DNA from: Dehalococcoidia bacterium | Lineage (GTDB): Bacteria; Chloroflexota; Dehalococcoidia; Lucifugimonadales; Australimonadaceae | NCBI GenBank assembly: GCA_965220655.1 | Contig: CBDCQO010000012.1 | Span: 102,931-166,930 of the forward strand | Direction of reading: 5' to 3' | Length of the DNA: 64,000 bases | Shown: positions 38,384 to 46,698 of the stretch, one piece after another | Layout of the letters: each line of letters opens with the position of its first letter | How positions within the stretch are numbered: position 1 is the stretch's first letter | The notes under the pieces: model-generated | Told to the model about the DNA's origin: nothing | What the model saw: the letters and a program-made list of their open reading frames with translations, nothing else | Database searches by the model: none | Program-made: the position numbers and the translations under genes

Positions 38384-38936
38384 CGCGCCGACGCTGCCCG
38401 ACTACCTCCGCCCCGGTCTCGACCTCGTCTTCGTAGGTATCAATCCCGGTGCGTACTCTGCCTCGGTGGGCAAGTACTTCGCGACGCCGCAGAACCGGTT
38501 CTGGGGCGCGCTCAACCGCTCCGGTCTCACGGACGGACGCGAACTCGGCCCCGGCGACGAGGCGTGGCTGTTCGAGCATCGCGCCACCGGCTTCACGGAC
38601 GTGGTGAAGCGCGCGAGCAATAGCGCATCGAGCCTGCGCGCCGCCGACTTCCGCGCGTGGGCGCCGCTAACGCGGGAGAGACTGTTGGAAGCGTCGCCGC
38701 TCGTGGTCTGCTTCAACGGCATCACTGGCTACAAGTGGTTCCTGCAGTACGCGGAGGGGCGCAAGCAGGACGACGTTGCGCTCGGCGAACAGCCGGAGCG
38801 GCTCGGCGATAGCCGCGTGTTCGTCGCGCCGAACCCCAGCCCGGCGAACGCCTCATACTCGCTGGACGACATCGCGGGCTGGTACCGCCGCCTCGGCGAG
38901 CTGATCGCCCGCGCCGGGGCCGAACGCGATGACTGA
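38376..38936 (+). CDS. mug: G/U mismatch-specific DNA glycosylase (Mug/TDG family)
   Basis: GINPG motif (VFVGINPGAYS) and the NPSPAN block. 8-nt overlap with the upstream gene. Confidence 0.85.
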   Translation: MTDAPTLPDYLRPGLDLVFVGINPGAYSASVGKYFATPQNRFWGALNRSGLTDGRELGPGDEAWLFEHRATGFTDVVKRASNSASSLRAADFRAWAPLTRERLLEASPLVVCFNGITGYKWFLQYAEGRKQDDVALGEQPERLGDSRVFVAPNPSPANASYSLDDIAGWYRRLGELIARAGAERDD

Positions 38937-39576
38937 GGATGCCCCGGCGCAGCGGGAACGCAACCTGCGCCTGTTCGTGGCGCTCGCTTTCCCGGACGAG
39001 GTCCGCGCTGAACTGCGGCGTGCCGCCGGTGCGATGCGGGCGTTCGTGCCGCACGGCACGCGATGGGCGAACGTGGACGGTGCGCACCTGACGCTGCGGT
39101 TCATCGGCAGCACGCCTCCGGACGCGGCTCCCCCGCTGGGCGAAGCGATCGTCCGCGCTGCCGAGGGCATCGCGCCATTCGAGTTGTCGCTGGGAGGTCC
39201 GGGAGTCTTCCCGCCGCGTGGCGCGCCGCGTGTGCTGTGGGCGGGTGTCGGCGGCGCCCTCGATGCGCTGACCGGCCTGCGCGACAGCGTCGAGGACGCG
39301 CTTGAGACGACAGGCATCCCGAACGACGAGCGCACCTTCGCACCGCACGTCACGCTCGCGCGGGTCAACACGAGGCTGTCGCGGGACGAATCGCAGGCGC
39401 TGCGAGCGTCGGTCGCGGCACTCGACGTCCGGCGCATCGCGTTCACGGTAGAAGAGGTCGGGCTGTATCACAGCGACCTGCTCCCCACCGGCGCGGTCTA
39501 CACGCGCCTTGCGTCTGCCCGCCTCTCGTCATTCCCGCGAAGGCGGGAATCCAGTCGATTGATTTCTGAATTGTGA
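38929..39576 (+). CDS. thpR: RNA 2',3'-cyclic phosphodiesterase (2H family)
   Basis: Two HxT motifs (HLTL and HVTL). The last ~16 codons run through a GC hairpin repeat, so the native C-terminus is uncertain. Confidence 0.85.
   Translation: MTEDAPAQRERNLRLFVALAFPDEVRAELRRAAGAMRAFVPHGTRWANVDGAHLTLRFIGSTPPDAAPPLGEAIVRAAEGIAPFELSLGGPGVFPPRGAPRVLWAGVGGALDALTGLRDSVEDALETTGIPNDERTFAPHVTLARVNTRLSRDESQALRASVAALDVRRIAFTVEEVGLYHSDLLPTGAVYTRLASARLSSFPRRRESSRLISEL
39531..39550. repeat. REP-like hairpin ATTCCCGC-gaag-GCGGGAAT
   Basis: An 8-bp perfect stem. Its translation gives the SFPRRRES-type peptide that I recognise as a recurrent artefact of a widespread intergenic palindromic element. Confidence 0.5.
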
Positions 39577-39664
39577 CATCTGCCGGTTTCGCGGATGACT
39601 GCACCGTGCTAACCTGATCTCAACAACCGGTCCGCCGGAAAAGGAAACGCACGCACGGGGACGA

Positions 39665-39697
39665 GCCCCGGCCTTGAGAAAGGGCCGGGGCTTTTTT
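39665..39697 (+). terminator. Rho-independent terminator (end of the proBA-mug-thpR transcription unit)
   Basis: GCCCCGGCC-ttgagaaag-GGCCGGGGC followed by TTTTTT. Confidence 0.75.
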
Positions 39698-39741
39698 CGT
39701 GTCCGGGCGCCGCATCGGCGGGCGCATGAGGAGGCGCAGAC

Positions 39742-40431
39742 ATGGTGTCGTACGAGGTGAGTGCAGGGGTGAGCGAACGCGAGCGTTGGGAGCGGGAGCG
39801 GCTGCTGGAATCGCTGGAGGCGTACCGGCGGGGATTGGCCGACGCGCCGGTGGTGCAGAGGTTCTCGGTCTGCCACGCCGTCGCGCCGAACGAGGAACGC
39901 CCGCTCACGGTCGTCGCGTCGGACGAGTCGGCCGACCGACTGGGCGACGTGGTGCGCGCCGACGGCTGGGATCTGGACGCGTACAAGCACAACCCCGTCT
40001 TCCTGTGGGCGCACGACTACACCCGCACGCCCATCGGGCGCAGTTCCTGGGTGGGCGTGGACGGCGCGAAGCTCGTTGCCACGGTGGAATTCGCGCCGAC
40101 GGCGTTCGCGCAGGAGGTGGAGTTGCTCTATCGGCAGCGGTTCCTGCGCGCCGTGAGCGTCGGCTTTCGGCCCAGGGAGTTTTCGTTCCGCAAGGGTCGC
40201 GACGGTTCGGTGGACGGCGTCGAGTACACGAGGCAGGAGCTGCTGGAGCTGAGCGCGGTGCCCGTGCCCGCGAACCCGCACGCGCTGGCGAAGGCGCTCG
40301 AAGGCGGACTCGACGCGCCGCGGCTGCGTCCGCTGTTCACGTTCGACCTTCCCGCGTCGTGCATCGCGCCGGAAGACGCCCAGCGTGTCTTGAGCGAGCT
40401 GCGCCGGCTGCGGAGCCTGGTGTCTGGATGA
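39742..40431 (+). CDS. HK97-family phage prohead serine protease
   Basis: ASDESADRLGDVV, GWDLDAYKHNPVFLWAHD, PIG, SVGF and ELSAVPVPANPHA follow the caudoviral prohead protease pattern. GAGGAGG SD upstream. Confidence 0.9.
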   Translation: MVSYEVSAGVSERERWERERLLESLEAYRRGLADAPVVQRFSVCHAVAPNEERPLTVVASDESADRLGDVVRADGWDLDAYKHNPVFLWAHDYTRTPIGRSSWVGVDGAKLVATVEFAPTAFAQEVELLYRQRFLRAVSVGFRPREFSFRKGRDGSVDGVEYTRQELLELSAVPVPANPHALAKALEGGLDAPRLRPLFTFDLPASCIAPEDAQRVLSELRRLRSLVSG

Positions 40432-40471
40432 ACAACAAACGGCCCATCGCGGCCGGGAAAGGAGGAGAGCG

Positions 40472-40720
40472 ATGCGTATAGCACAGGTGGTGCGCGCGGC
40501 GTTGCAGGCGGCGCGGCTGGTGGATGTCCTCTGCCGGGTTGCGCCGGATGCCGCCGAGGCGCTGGAGAGCGGAGCGCGGTTGATGCGTGAGTCGGCCCGC
40601 GCCGCGCCGGACGGACTGACCCGCACGGAGCGGGACACGCTGGCGTCGTCGGCGCGCAGGTTCGGCGAAGCGCTGGCTGGGGCCATAGAGGCGGCGCCGG
40701 TCATCGAACAGGAGAACTGA
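40472..40720 (+). CDS. Hypothetical Ala/Arg-rich helical protein (82 aa) between protease and capsid genes
   Basis: AAAGGAGGAG SD, high GC3, no family recognised. Confidence 0.55.
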   Translation: MRIAQVVRAALQAARLVDVLCRVAPDAAEALESGARLMRESARAAPDGLTRTERDTLASSARRFGEALAGAIEAAPVIEQEN

Positions 40721-40739
40721 TCCCACAGAAGGAGGAGAG

Positions 40740-42065
40740 ATGTCTGCGATAGACGAGATGCAGAAGGAGATAGTGGAGACGCAGGAGTTCGTGCGCGAGC
40801 GGCTTGGCCCGGTCACGAAGGAGCTGACGCTCATGCGCGAGGAGCAGGAGCGGCTCGCGGGCGAGGTGCGCCGCGTGCTGGAGCACGACCGCTCGGCTCG
40901 GCGCGACGCGCTGCTGGGCCGGGGCTCGAACGACCGCGTCCGCGTGCGCGGCGGGAAACTCGACGGCTTCGACCTCGTGGACCTCGCCGTGATGCGGAGC
41001 CTGCTCGCAGCCCAGCAGGCGCGCCCGCAGGACTACGACCCGCGAGCGCTCCGCGCCTGGCAGGAGAGCGTCGCCAGGGCGATGGACTCCACCACCGTGG
41101 GCGCGGGCGACGAGCTGGTGCCCCAGGAGGAGGCGCGCCAGTTGTGGGCGGACGTGAACGTGGAGACGGCGGTCGCGTCGCTCTTCGAGACGGTCACGAT
41201 GCCGTCCAACCCGTTCGACGTGCCTCTGCAACTGGGCGACGTCAACTGGTACCCGGGCACGGCGAACACGGCCACGACGGCGACGGACCTGAAGACCGCC
41301 AAGCAGACGCTGACGGCGTACGAACTCGTCGGCATGGTGCCGTGGGCCTACGAACTGGACGAGGACGCCGTCGTCGCGATGATGGCGGAGGTGCGCTCCA
41401 CGCTGCTCCGCAATGCGGCGCAGGTGCTGGACGACGTGCTCCTGAACGCGGACGCATCCGCCGGGAACAACATCAACCACGACGGCCAGAATCTCGCCGC
41501 CTCCGCGGCGGGCAAGGCGCACTACCTGCTGGGGTTCGATGGCTTGCTCCACCTGCCGCTGGTGGACAACTCGGCGATGGGGAACGACTTCAACGCGGAG
41601 CCGACCGTCGACATGTGCAACCAGCTCCGGCGGATGCTGGGCAAGTACGGCGTGCGCCCGTCCGAACTGGCGTTCATCACGGACGTGGGCACGTACATCG
41701 CCATGCAGGCGGTGGACAGCTTCCAGACGCTGGACAAGCTCGGCCCGCGCGCGACGCTGCTCACCGGCCAGTTGGGCGCGGTCGAGGGCGTCCCCGTCAT
41801 CGTGTCGGAGCAGCTCCGCCTCGCCGACTCGGACGGCAAGGTCACGTCGGACGGCAACGTCGCGGACACGGGTCGCCTGCTGCTGGTGAACCGTACGCAG
41901 TGGCGCAAGGGCTTCAAGCGCGAGCTGCTCATCGAGACGGAGCGCGACATCCAGAAGCGCCAGAACGTCATGGTCGTCAGCATGCGTGTGGCGTTCGCGG
42001 AACGCTCCGGCGACCGTGCCAACGCGACGCACACCGCGCTGCAGTACAACGTGAAGCACTCGTAG
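40740..42065 (+). CDS. HK97-family phage major capsid protein
   Basis: Coiled-coil delta-like N-terminus (MSAIDEMQKEIVETQEFVRERL...). The capsid body has blocks MDSTTVGAGDELVPQEEARQLW and TLTAYELVGMVPWAYELDEDAVV...LLNAD. AGGAGGAG SD upstream. Confidence 0.9.
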   Translation: MSAIDEMQKEIVETQEFVRERLGPVTKELTLMREEQERLAGEVRRVLEHDRSARRDALLGRGSNDRVRVRGGKLDGFDLVDLAVMRSLLAAQQARPQDYDPRALRAWQESVARAMDSTTVGAGDELVPQEEARQLWADVNVETAVASLFETVTMPSNPFDVPLQLGDVNWYPGTANTATTATDLKTAKQTLTAYELVGMVPWAYELDEDAVVAMMAEVRSTLLRNAAQVLDDVLLNADASAGNNINHDGQNLAASAAGKAHYLLGFDGLLHLPLVDNSAMGNDFNAEPTVDMCNQLRRMLGKYGVRPSELAFITDVGTYIAMQAVDSFQTLDKLGPRATLLTGQLGAVEGVPVIVSEQLRLADSDGKVTSDGNVADTGRLLLVNRTQWRKGFKRELLIETERDIQKRQNVMVVSMRVAFAERSGDRANATHTALQYNVKHS

Positions 42066-42092
42066 CCCACGTCGTTCCTGCGGTGAGGAAAG

Positions 42093-42117
42093 GGGGCGGG
42101 CGCATAGCGCCCGCCCC
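42093..42117. terminator. GC-rich hairpin between the convergent capsid and methyltransferase genes (bidirectional terminator candidate)
   Basis: GGGGCGGGCGC-ata-GCGCCCGCCCC, with weakly T-rich tails on both strands. Confidence 0.55.
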
Positions 42118-42125
42118 TGTTCGTT

Positions 42126-42968
42126 CTACGTTGCCGCGCAGGTAGACACCTCCGGCCCGCTGAACGCGAGCCGCTCCTTCATCACCCGCACCGCCTCCGG
42201 GTTGCTGTCGATGAGGAGGTAGCGCCTGCCGTTGCGCGCCGCCGCCTCACCCGTCGTCCCCGACCCCGCGAAGAAGTCCAGCACGAGGTCGCCGGGGTCC
42301 GAGTGCACCCGCACGATGCGGTTGAGGATGGCGATGGGCTTCTGCGTCGGATAGCCGGTGCGCTCGCGCCCGACCGTTGGAACGATGGTCTGCCACCACA
42401 CGTCGGTGGGCGTCTTCCCGCGCGCGGCCTTCTCGGCTCCCGCGAGTCCGGGGGCCATGTACGGCACGCGGTCGATCTCGTCGTAGTGGAACGTGTACCG
42501 CGTGGGGTCCTTCACGTACCAGAGCAGCGTGTCGTGCTTCGCGGGCCAGCGGGACTTCGGCCTGCCGCCGTAGTCGTACGCCCAGATGATCTCGTTCATG
42601 AAGCAGTCGCGCCCGAACAGCGCGTCGAGCAGCACCTTGCAGTAGTGCGCCTCCCGGTAGTCGATGTGCAGGAAGAACGAACCCGTGGGCGAGAGGATGC
42701 GGTAAGCCTCCGCCAGCCGTGGCTCCAGGAACGCGAGGAAGTCGTCGAAGATGTCGTCGAACGATTGCGCGCCGAGCCGCACCGTCCGGTAGCGCTTGCC
42801 CTGGAATCCCGTGCGGTCGCCGTGGTCGTCGTCGCGCACCGTCCGCAGACGCTCGCGGCGTTGCTCTTTGCCCGTGTTGAAGGGGGGGTCTATGTAGATG
42901 AGCGCCGCCGCCCCGTCCTCGATGGTCGGAAGCACGTCCATGTTGTCGCCGAGCACGATGCGGTTCAC
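42126..42968 (-). CDS. Beta-class N6/N4 DNA methyltransferase (orphan)
   Basis: Motif IV IYIDPPFNTG precedes motif I LDFFAGSGTTGEAA. The GTG at 42968 lies 1 nt after the HAD stop and gives the typical NRIVLGD N-terminus. Confidence 0.88.
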   Translation of the reverse strand: MNRIVLGDNMDVLPTIEDGAAALIYIDPPFNTGKEQRRERLRTVRDDDHGDRTGFQGKRYRTVRLGAQSFDDIFDDFLAFLEPRLAEAYRILSPTGSFFLHIDYREAHYCKVLLDALFGRDCFMNEIIWAYDYGGRPKSRWPAKHDTLLWYVKDPTRYTFHYDEIDRVPYMAPGLAGAEKAARGKTPTDVWWQTIVPTVGRERTGYPTQKPIAILNRIVRVHSDPGDLVLDFFAGSGTTGEAAARNGRRYLLIDSNPEAVRVMKERLAFSGPEVSTCAAT

Positions 42969-42969
42969 G

Positions 42970-43689
42970 TCAACCCTCGGCTTCCAGCAGCGACCGCACG
43001 TGCGCGGCTGCTTCCGCCAGCGACGCCACCACGCATACACCGTCGGGCGCGGGCGGCCCCGGCTCGCGCTGCACGAGCACGGCCTCGATCCCCGCGCTCC
43101 GCGCACCTTCCACGTCCGCCGGGATGCTGTCGCCGATGTGCACGGCTTCATCGGGCTGTGCCCTCGCCTGCGCAAGCGCCAGTTGGAAGATGCGCGGGTG
43201 CGGCTTGCTCACCCCTGCGGTGGCAGTGCAGGAGCGCACAGGAAGATGTCCGGCGATACCGAGCCGTTCGAGCAGACCGTTGAGTTCCAGCCCCATGTTG
43301 GAGATGACGCCCAGCGTCAGCCCCAGCGAACGCAGGCCAGCGAGCGCGGACTCCGCGTCGGGGAGGAGCGTCAGCTCGTCCGGCGCACTGCGCACGCGCT
43401 GCCAGACGCGCGCTGCGACGTCGAGGCTCACGTCCGGCGCGCCCGCGTCCGTCAGCAGCCGGCGCTCGTACTCGGCGAAGAAGGCGTCGCGCTCCGGTTG
43501 CGTCCGCTGCTGCACAGGGCGTTTGGCGTTCTCCTCGTCCATGTAGGCGTTCGCCGTGCGATAGCCCGCGGCGATCGCGGCTTGCTCGATAGCGATGCCC
43601 TCCGCAGCCGCAGCCGCCTGCTGCAGGCCTTCCGCCGTCGGCCAGTCGGCCAGCGTCCCGTAGAAATCGAAGAAGACTGCCCGTATCAT
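42970..43689 (-). CDS. HAD-superfamily hydrolase (subfamily IA-like)
   Basis: Motif I FFDFYGTL, SN, K and GDS..D motifs. Confidence 0.85.
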   Translation of the reverse strand: MIRAVFFDFYGTLADWPTAEGLQQAAAAAEGIAIEQAAIAAGYRTANAYMDEENAKRPVQQRTQPERDAFFAEYERRLLTDAGAPDVSLDVAARVWQRVRSAPDELTLLPDAESALAGLRSLGLTLGVISNMGLELNGLLERLGIAGHLPVRSCTATAGVSKPHPRIFQLALAQARAQPDEAVHIGDSIPADVEGARSAGIEAVLVQREPGPPAPDGVCVVASLAEAAAHVRSLLEAEG

Positions 43690-43718
43690 GCGGCCAGCCT
43701 ACCATCCGGTTCCGCTCC

Positions 43719-44363
43719 ATGGGCATCGTCTCCAACCTGCTCCGCTCTGGTCTCGACGTGCTGTTCCCCGTCCGCTGCGTCGGCTGCGGCAGGAGCGGCG
43801 CATACATCTGCGTAGCCTGCCTTGCGAAGGCCAGGCGTCCGCCGCCGAGCCCTCCGCCTCAGAGCGGTCCGCTCGCCGACGTGCTGACGCCGTTCGCCTA
43901 CGAGGGCGTTGTGCGGACCGCGGTGCAGCACCTCAAGTATCGCGGTCTGCGCTCCCTCGTGCCGGAGATGGCGCGCCCGATGGCGTGGGAGCTGGCGGTC
44001 ACCGTCCCGCCGCCGTTCACGCTCGTGCCTGTGCCCTTGCACCCTGCACGTCAGCGCGAGCGCGGCTTCAACCAGGCGGAGCTGCTGGCGCGGGAGCTTG
44101 CACGTTTGTTGGACGCTCCGCTCTCGACCGGTGTGCTGCGCCGCACGAAGGACACGTCGTCGCAGGTCAACACGTCAACCCGGGCCGAGCGCTTGGGGAA
44201 CGTGCGGGACGCGTTCGCCGCCACGGACGGAGTGGACGGAGCGACCATCGTTCTCGTGGACGACGTCACCACCACCGGCGCAACGCTCTCGGCGGCAGCG
44301 CAGGCGCTGCTCTCCGCGGGCGCCGCGCGGGTCTACGGCCTCACCTTCGCCCACGAGGAGTGA
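43719..44363 (+). CDS. comF: ComF-family phosphoribosyltransferase-like protein
   Basis: N-terminal CVGCG...CVAC zinc finger and the PRTase motif VLVDDVTTTGATL. Confidence 0.8.
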   Translation: MGIVSNLLRSGLDVLFPVRCVGCGRSGAYICVACLAKARRPPPSPPPQSGPLADVLTPFAYEGVVRTAVQHLKYRGLRSLVPEMARPMAWELAVTVPPPFTLVPVPLHPARQRERGFNQAELLARELARLLDAPLSTGVLRRTKDTSSQVNTSTRAERLGNVRDAFAATDGVDGATIVLVDDVTTTGATLSAAAQALLSAGAARVYGLTFAHEE

Positions 44364-44404
44364 TACGCTGGCCGCCCCGCCGCACGCGGGGAGGAGGGAC
44401 ACCC

Positions 44405-45319
44405 ATGAAACTCTGTCTGTTCGAAACGGGCGACGCCCCCGGCGATCAGCGCCTCGGCGCGGTGGTCGATGGCGGCGTTGCGGAACTGACCTCGGCTCTC
44501 GGCGACGTCGCTGCGTTGCCGCCGCAGGCGCGCATGGAGGCGGTCATCGACGGCTTCGGAGGCCTGCGCGGCGCCTTCGAGCGCATCATTGCAGGCGGGG
44601 CGTCGCACGCCGACGGTTCGTTCCGCCTGCGCGCGCCGCTGCCGAGGCCGAGCAAGATACTCTGCTGCATCGGCAACTACTGGGAGCACGCCGAGCGGGA
44701 GCCGCGCCCGCTCAACATGTTCCTCAAGTCGCCGGACGCGGTCATAGGCCCCGGCGATACGATCGTGCTGCCGTCGACGACCGACCCGTGGGTATTCCAG
44801 CACGAGGCGGAACTGGCCATCGTCATGAGAGGCCCGGCGAAGGACGTGAGCAGGGAAGACTTCGCAAGCGCGGTGTTCGGATACACCGGCCTGATCGACG
44901 TGTCGGCGCGCGGTGAGGGACGCCGCACCTGGCGCGCGGGCAGCTGGATGGGCAAGTCGTTCGACACCTTCGGCCCGCTCGGCCCGGTGATCGTCACGGC
45001 CGACGAGATCGCCGACCCGAACGACGTGCACGTTCGATTCTGGAACGACGGCCAGTTGCGCCACGACTACAACACTGACGACATGGAGCACCGGGTGCCG
45101 GAGCTGATCGAGTTCGCAACGAGCATCATGACGCTCAACACGGGCGACGTGCTCAGCTGCGGCACGAACCACGAGGGGCTCGGCCCCCTGCAGGACGGGG
45201 AGACGGTGGAGTTCGAGTTGGCGGGCATCGGCAGCATGACGTTGCACGTGTCGGACCCGCTCAAGCGGACGTGGGAACGCGGCATCTACATGGGCCCGGA
45301 TTCGACCGCCCGCCGTTAG
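44405..45319 (+). CDS. Fumarylacetoacetate hydrolase (FAH) family protein
   Basis: The ATG at 44405 follows GGGGAGGAGG. FAH-fold blocks include KILCIGNYWEH, FQHEAELAIV and GTNHEG. Confidence 0.88.
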   Translation: MKLCLFETGDAPGDQRLGAVVDGGVAELTSALGDVAALPPQARMEAVIDGFGGLRGAFERIIAGGASHADGSFRLRAPLPRPSKILCCIGNYWEHAEREPRPLNMFLKSPDAVIGPGDTIVLPSTTDPWVFQHEAELAIVMRGPAKDVSREDFASAVFGYTGLIDVSARGEGRRTWRAGSWMGKSFDTFGPLGPVIVTADEIADPNDVHVRFWNDGQLRHDYNTDDMEHRVPELIEFATSIMTLNTGDVLSCGTNHEGLGPLQDGETVEFELAGIGSMTLHVSDPLKRTWERGIYMGPDSTARR

Positions 45320-45404
45320 AAACGCCGCGCGGTTGACCGGCGCGGCATATCGGCCTAATCTCGCGGCATCGAGTGAAGCGCTGAACGTTCAGAGGGAGGT
45401 TGCC

Positions 45405-46697
45405 ATGCTGAGTGCACTGGATAACGAACGGTTGGCCCGCATCGGTCCCGGAACGGAGATGGGCGCACTGATGCGCCGCTACTGGATACCCTTCCTGCTG
45501 ACGGAAGACATCCCCGAAGCCGACGGTGTGCCCGTCCGCGTCACCCTGCTGGGTGAGCGGCTCGTCGCATTCAGGAACAGCGTCGGGCAGGTCGGACTGG
45601 TCGACCGTCTCTGTGCGCACCGCAACGCGGACCTCTTCTTCGGGCGCAACGAGGAGATGGGCCTCCGCTGCACCTACCACGGCTGGAAGTACGACGTCGA
45701 CGGCAAGTGCGTCGACATGCCGTCCGAGGCGTCGGATAGCAACTTCAGGGACAAGATCCAGTTGAGGGCGTACCCCGTCAGGGAGCGCGGCGGCGTCCTC
45801 TGGACGTACATGGGCCCGAAGGAGCACATGCAGCCGATGCCCGAGTTCGAGTGGACGCGCGTGCCGGACGGCCACCGTTACGTCTCCTGGAACTTCCAGG
45901 AGAACAACTACGCGCAGGCCATCGAGGGCGGCATCGACACCGTGCACTCGGTCTACCTGCACAGCGCGATGGACTCCCATCGCCGTCTGAGCGACTGGCA
46001 GGACGCGGGCAAGGAGAGCGGCGACGTGACGAAGATGTACCGCACCCGCGAGAACCCGCCCAAGCTCAAGGCGCTCGAGACCGACTTCGGCCTCATCATC
46101 GGCGGCAGGTACCCCGGCGACGAGACCCAGGACTACTGGCGCTTCAACCTCTTCTGGATGCCGTTCTACACCGCGCCTCCCGGTGGCGGCGAGGGGAAGA
46201 TGATGCACGCGTTCGTCCCCGTCGACGACGTCACCACGGCGCGCTGGTGCTTCACGTGGAGCACCACTGGCAAGCCGCTCTCTTCGAGGCACATCGCCGA
46301 CCTCCGCAAGGGGCAGGGCGTCCACGCGCAGACCATCCCCGGTTCGCACTGGCCGGTCCGCAACATGCGCAACGACTACCTGATCGACCGCGAGGAGCAG
46401 AAGCACCTCACCTTCACGGGCATCAAGGGCACCGGCGAGCAGGACTTCTCCGTGCAGGAGGGCATGGGGCAGATATCCGACCGCACCCGCGAGCATCTGG
46501 GAGTCACGGACATCGGCATCATCGCCATGCGACGCATGCTCCTGCATTCAGCCGCGGCTATCCGGGAAGGGGCCGAACCGACCTCGGCGCGCAGCCCCGA
46601 CGCCTACCGTGTCCGCCCCGGCCAGACGATGATCCCGACCGACGCGGACTGGGCGACGCACGAGAACCTCAAGGAGGCCATCGCCGCCACCTACTAG
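45405..46697 (+). CDS. Rieske [2Fe-2S] non-haem-iron oxygenase, catalytic subunit
   Basis: Rieske motif CAHR...CTYHGW and iron motif EGGIDTVHSVYLH (E-x3-D-x2-H-x4-H). The ATG at 45405 follows GGGAGG. Confidence 0.9.
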   Translation: MLSALDNERLARIGPGTEMGALMRRYWIPFLLTEDIPEADGVPVRVTLLGERLVAFRNSVGQVGLVDRLCAHRNADLFFGRNEEMGLRCTYHGWKYDVDGKCVDMPSEASDSNFRDKIQLRAYPVRERGGVLWTYMGPKEHMQPMPEFEWTRVPDGHRYVSWNFQENNYAQAIEGGIDTVHSVYLHSAMDSHRRLSDWQDAGKESGDVTKMYRTRENPPKLKALETDFGLIIGGRYPGDETQDYWRFNLFWMPFYTAPPGGGEGKMMHAFVPVDDVTTARWCFTWSTTGKPLSSRHIADLRKGQGVHAQTIPGSHWPVRNMRNDYLIDREEQKHLTFTGIKGTGEQDFSVQEGMGQISDRTREHLGVTDIGIIAMRRMLLHSAAAIREGAEPTSARSPDAYRVRPGQTMIPTDADWATHENLKEAIAATY

Positions 46698-46698
46698 A

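Noticed and set aside
38374-38936. An identical 10-mer, CGATGACTGA, forms both 8-nt gene overlaps (amidohydrolase/mug at 38374-38383 and mug/thpR at 38927-38936).
   Set aside because: The sequence is short and is fully explained by the ...Asp-Asp-stop and Met-Thr-Asp/Glu codons. It is most likely coincidence, or simple coupling, rather than a functional element.
39577-39664. A possible small RNA ending at the 39665-39697 terminator.
   Set aside because: No convincing promoter lies upstream. The terminator is explained more simply as the end of the proBA-mug-thpR transcript.
40740-42065. Calling the capsid gene an encapsulin shell protein.
   Set aside because: It has a ~100-aa coiled-coil delta-like N-terminus and an adjacent prohead protease, which are features of bona fide phage capsid maturation. 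Its size (441 aa) exceeds that of classical family 1 encapsulins. Domestication is kept only as a hypothesis in the findings.
43688-44404. The N-terminal 239 codons of the 543-aa ORF that ends as the FAH protein.
   Set aside because: This part overlaps comF in another frame and is Arg/Ala/Pro-rich. The FAH homology begins at the SD-preceded ATG at 44405.
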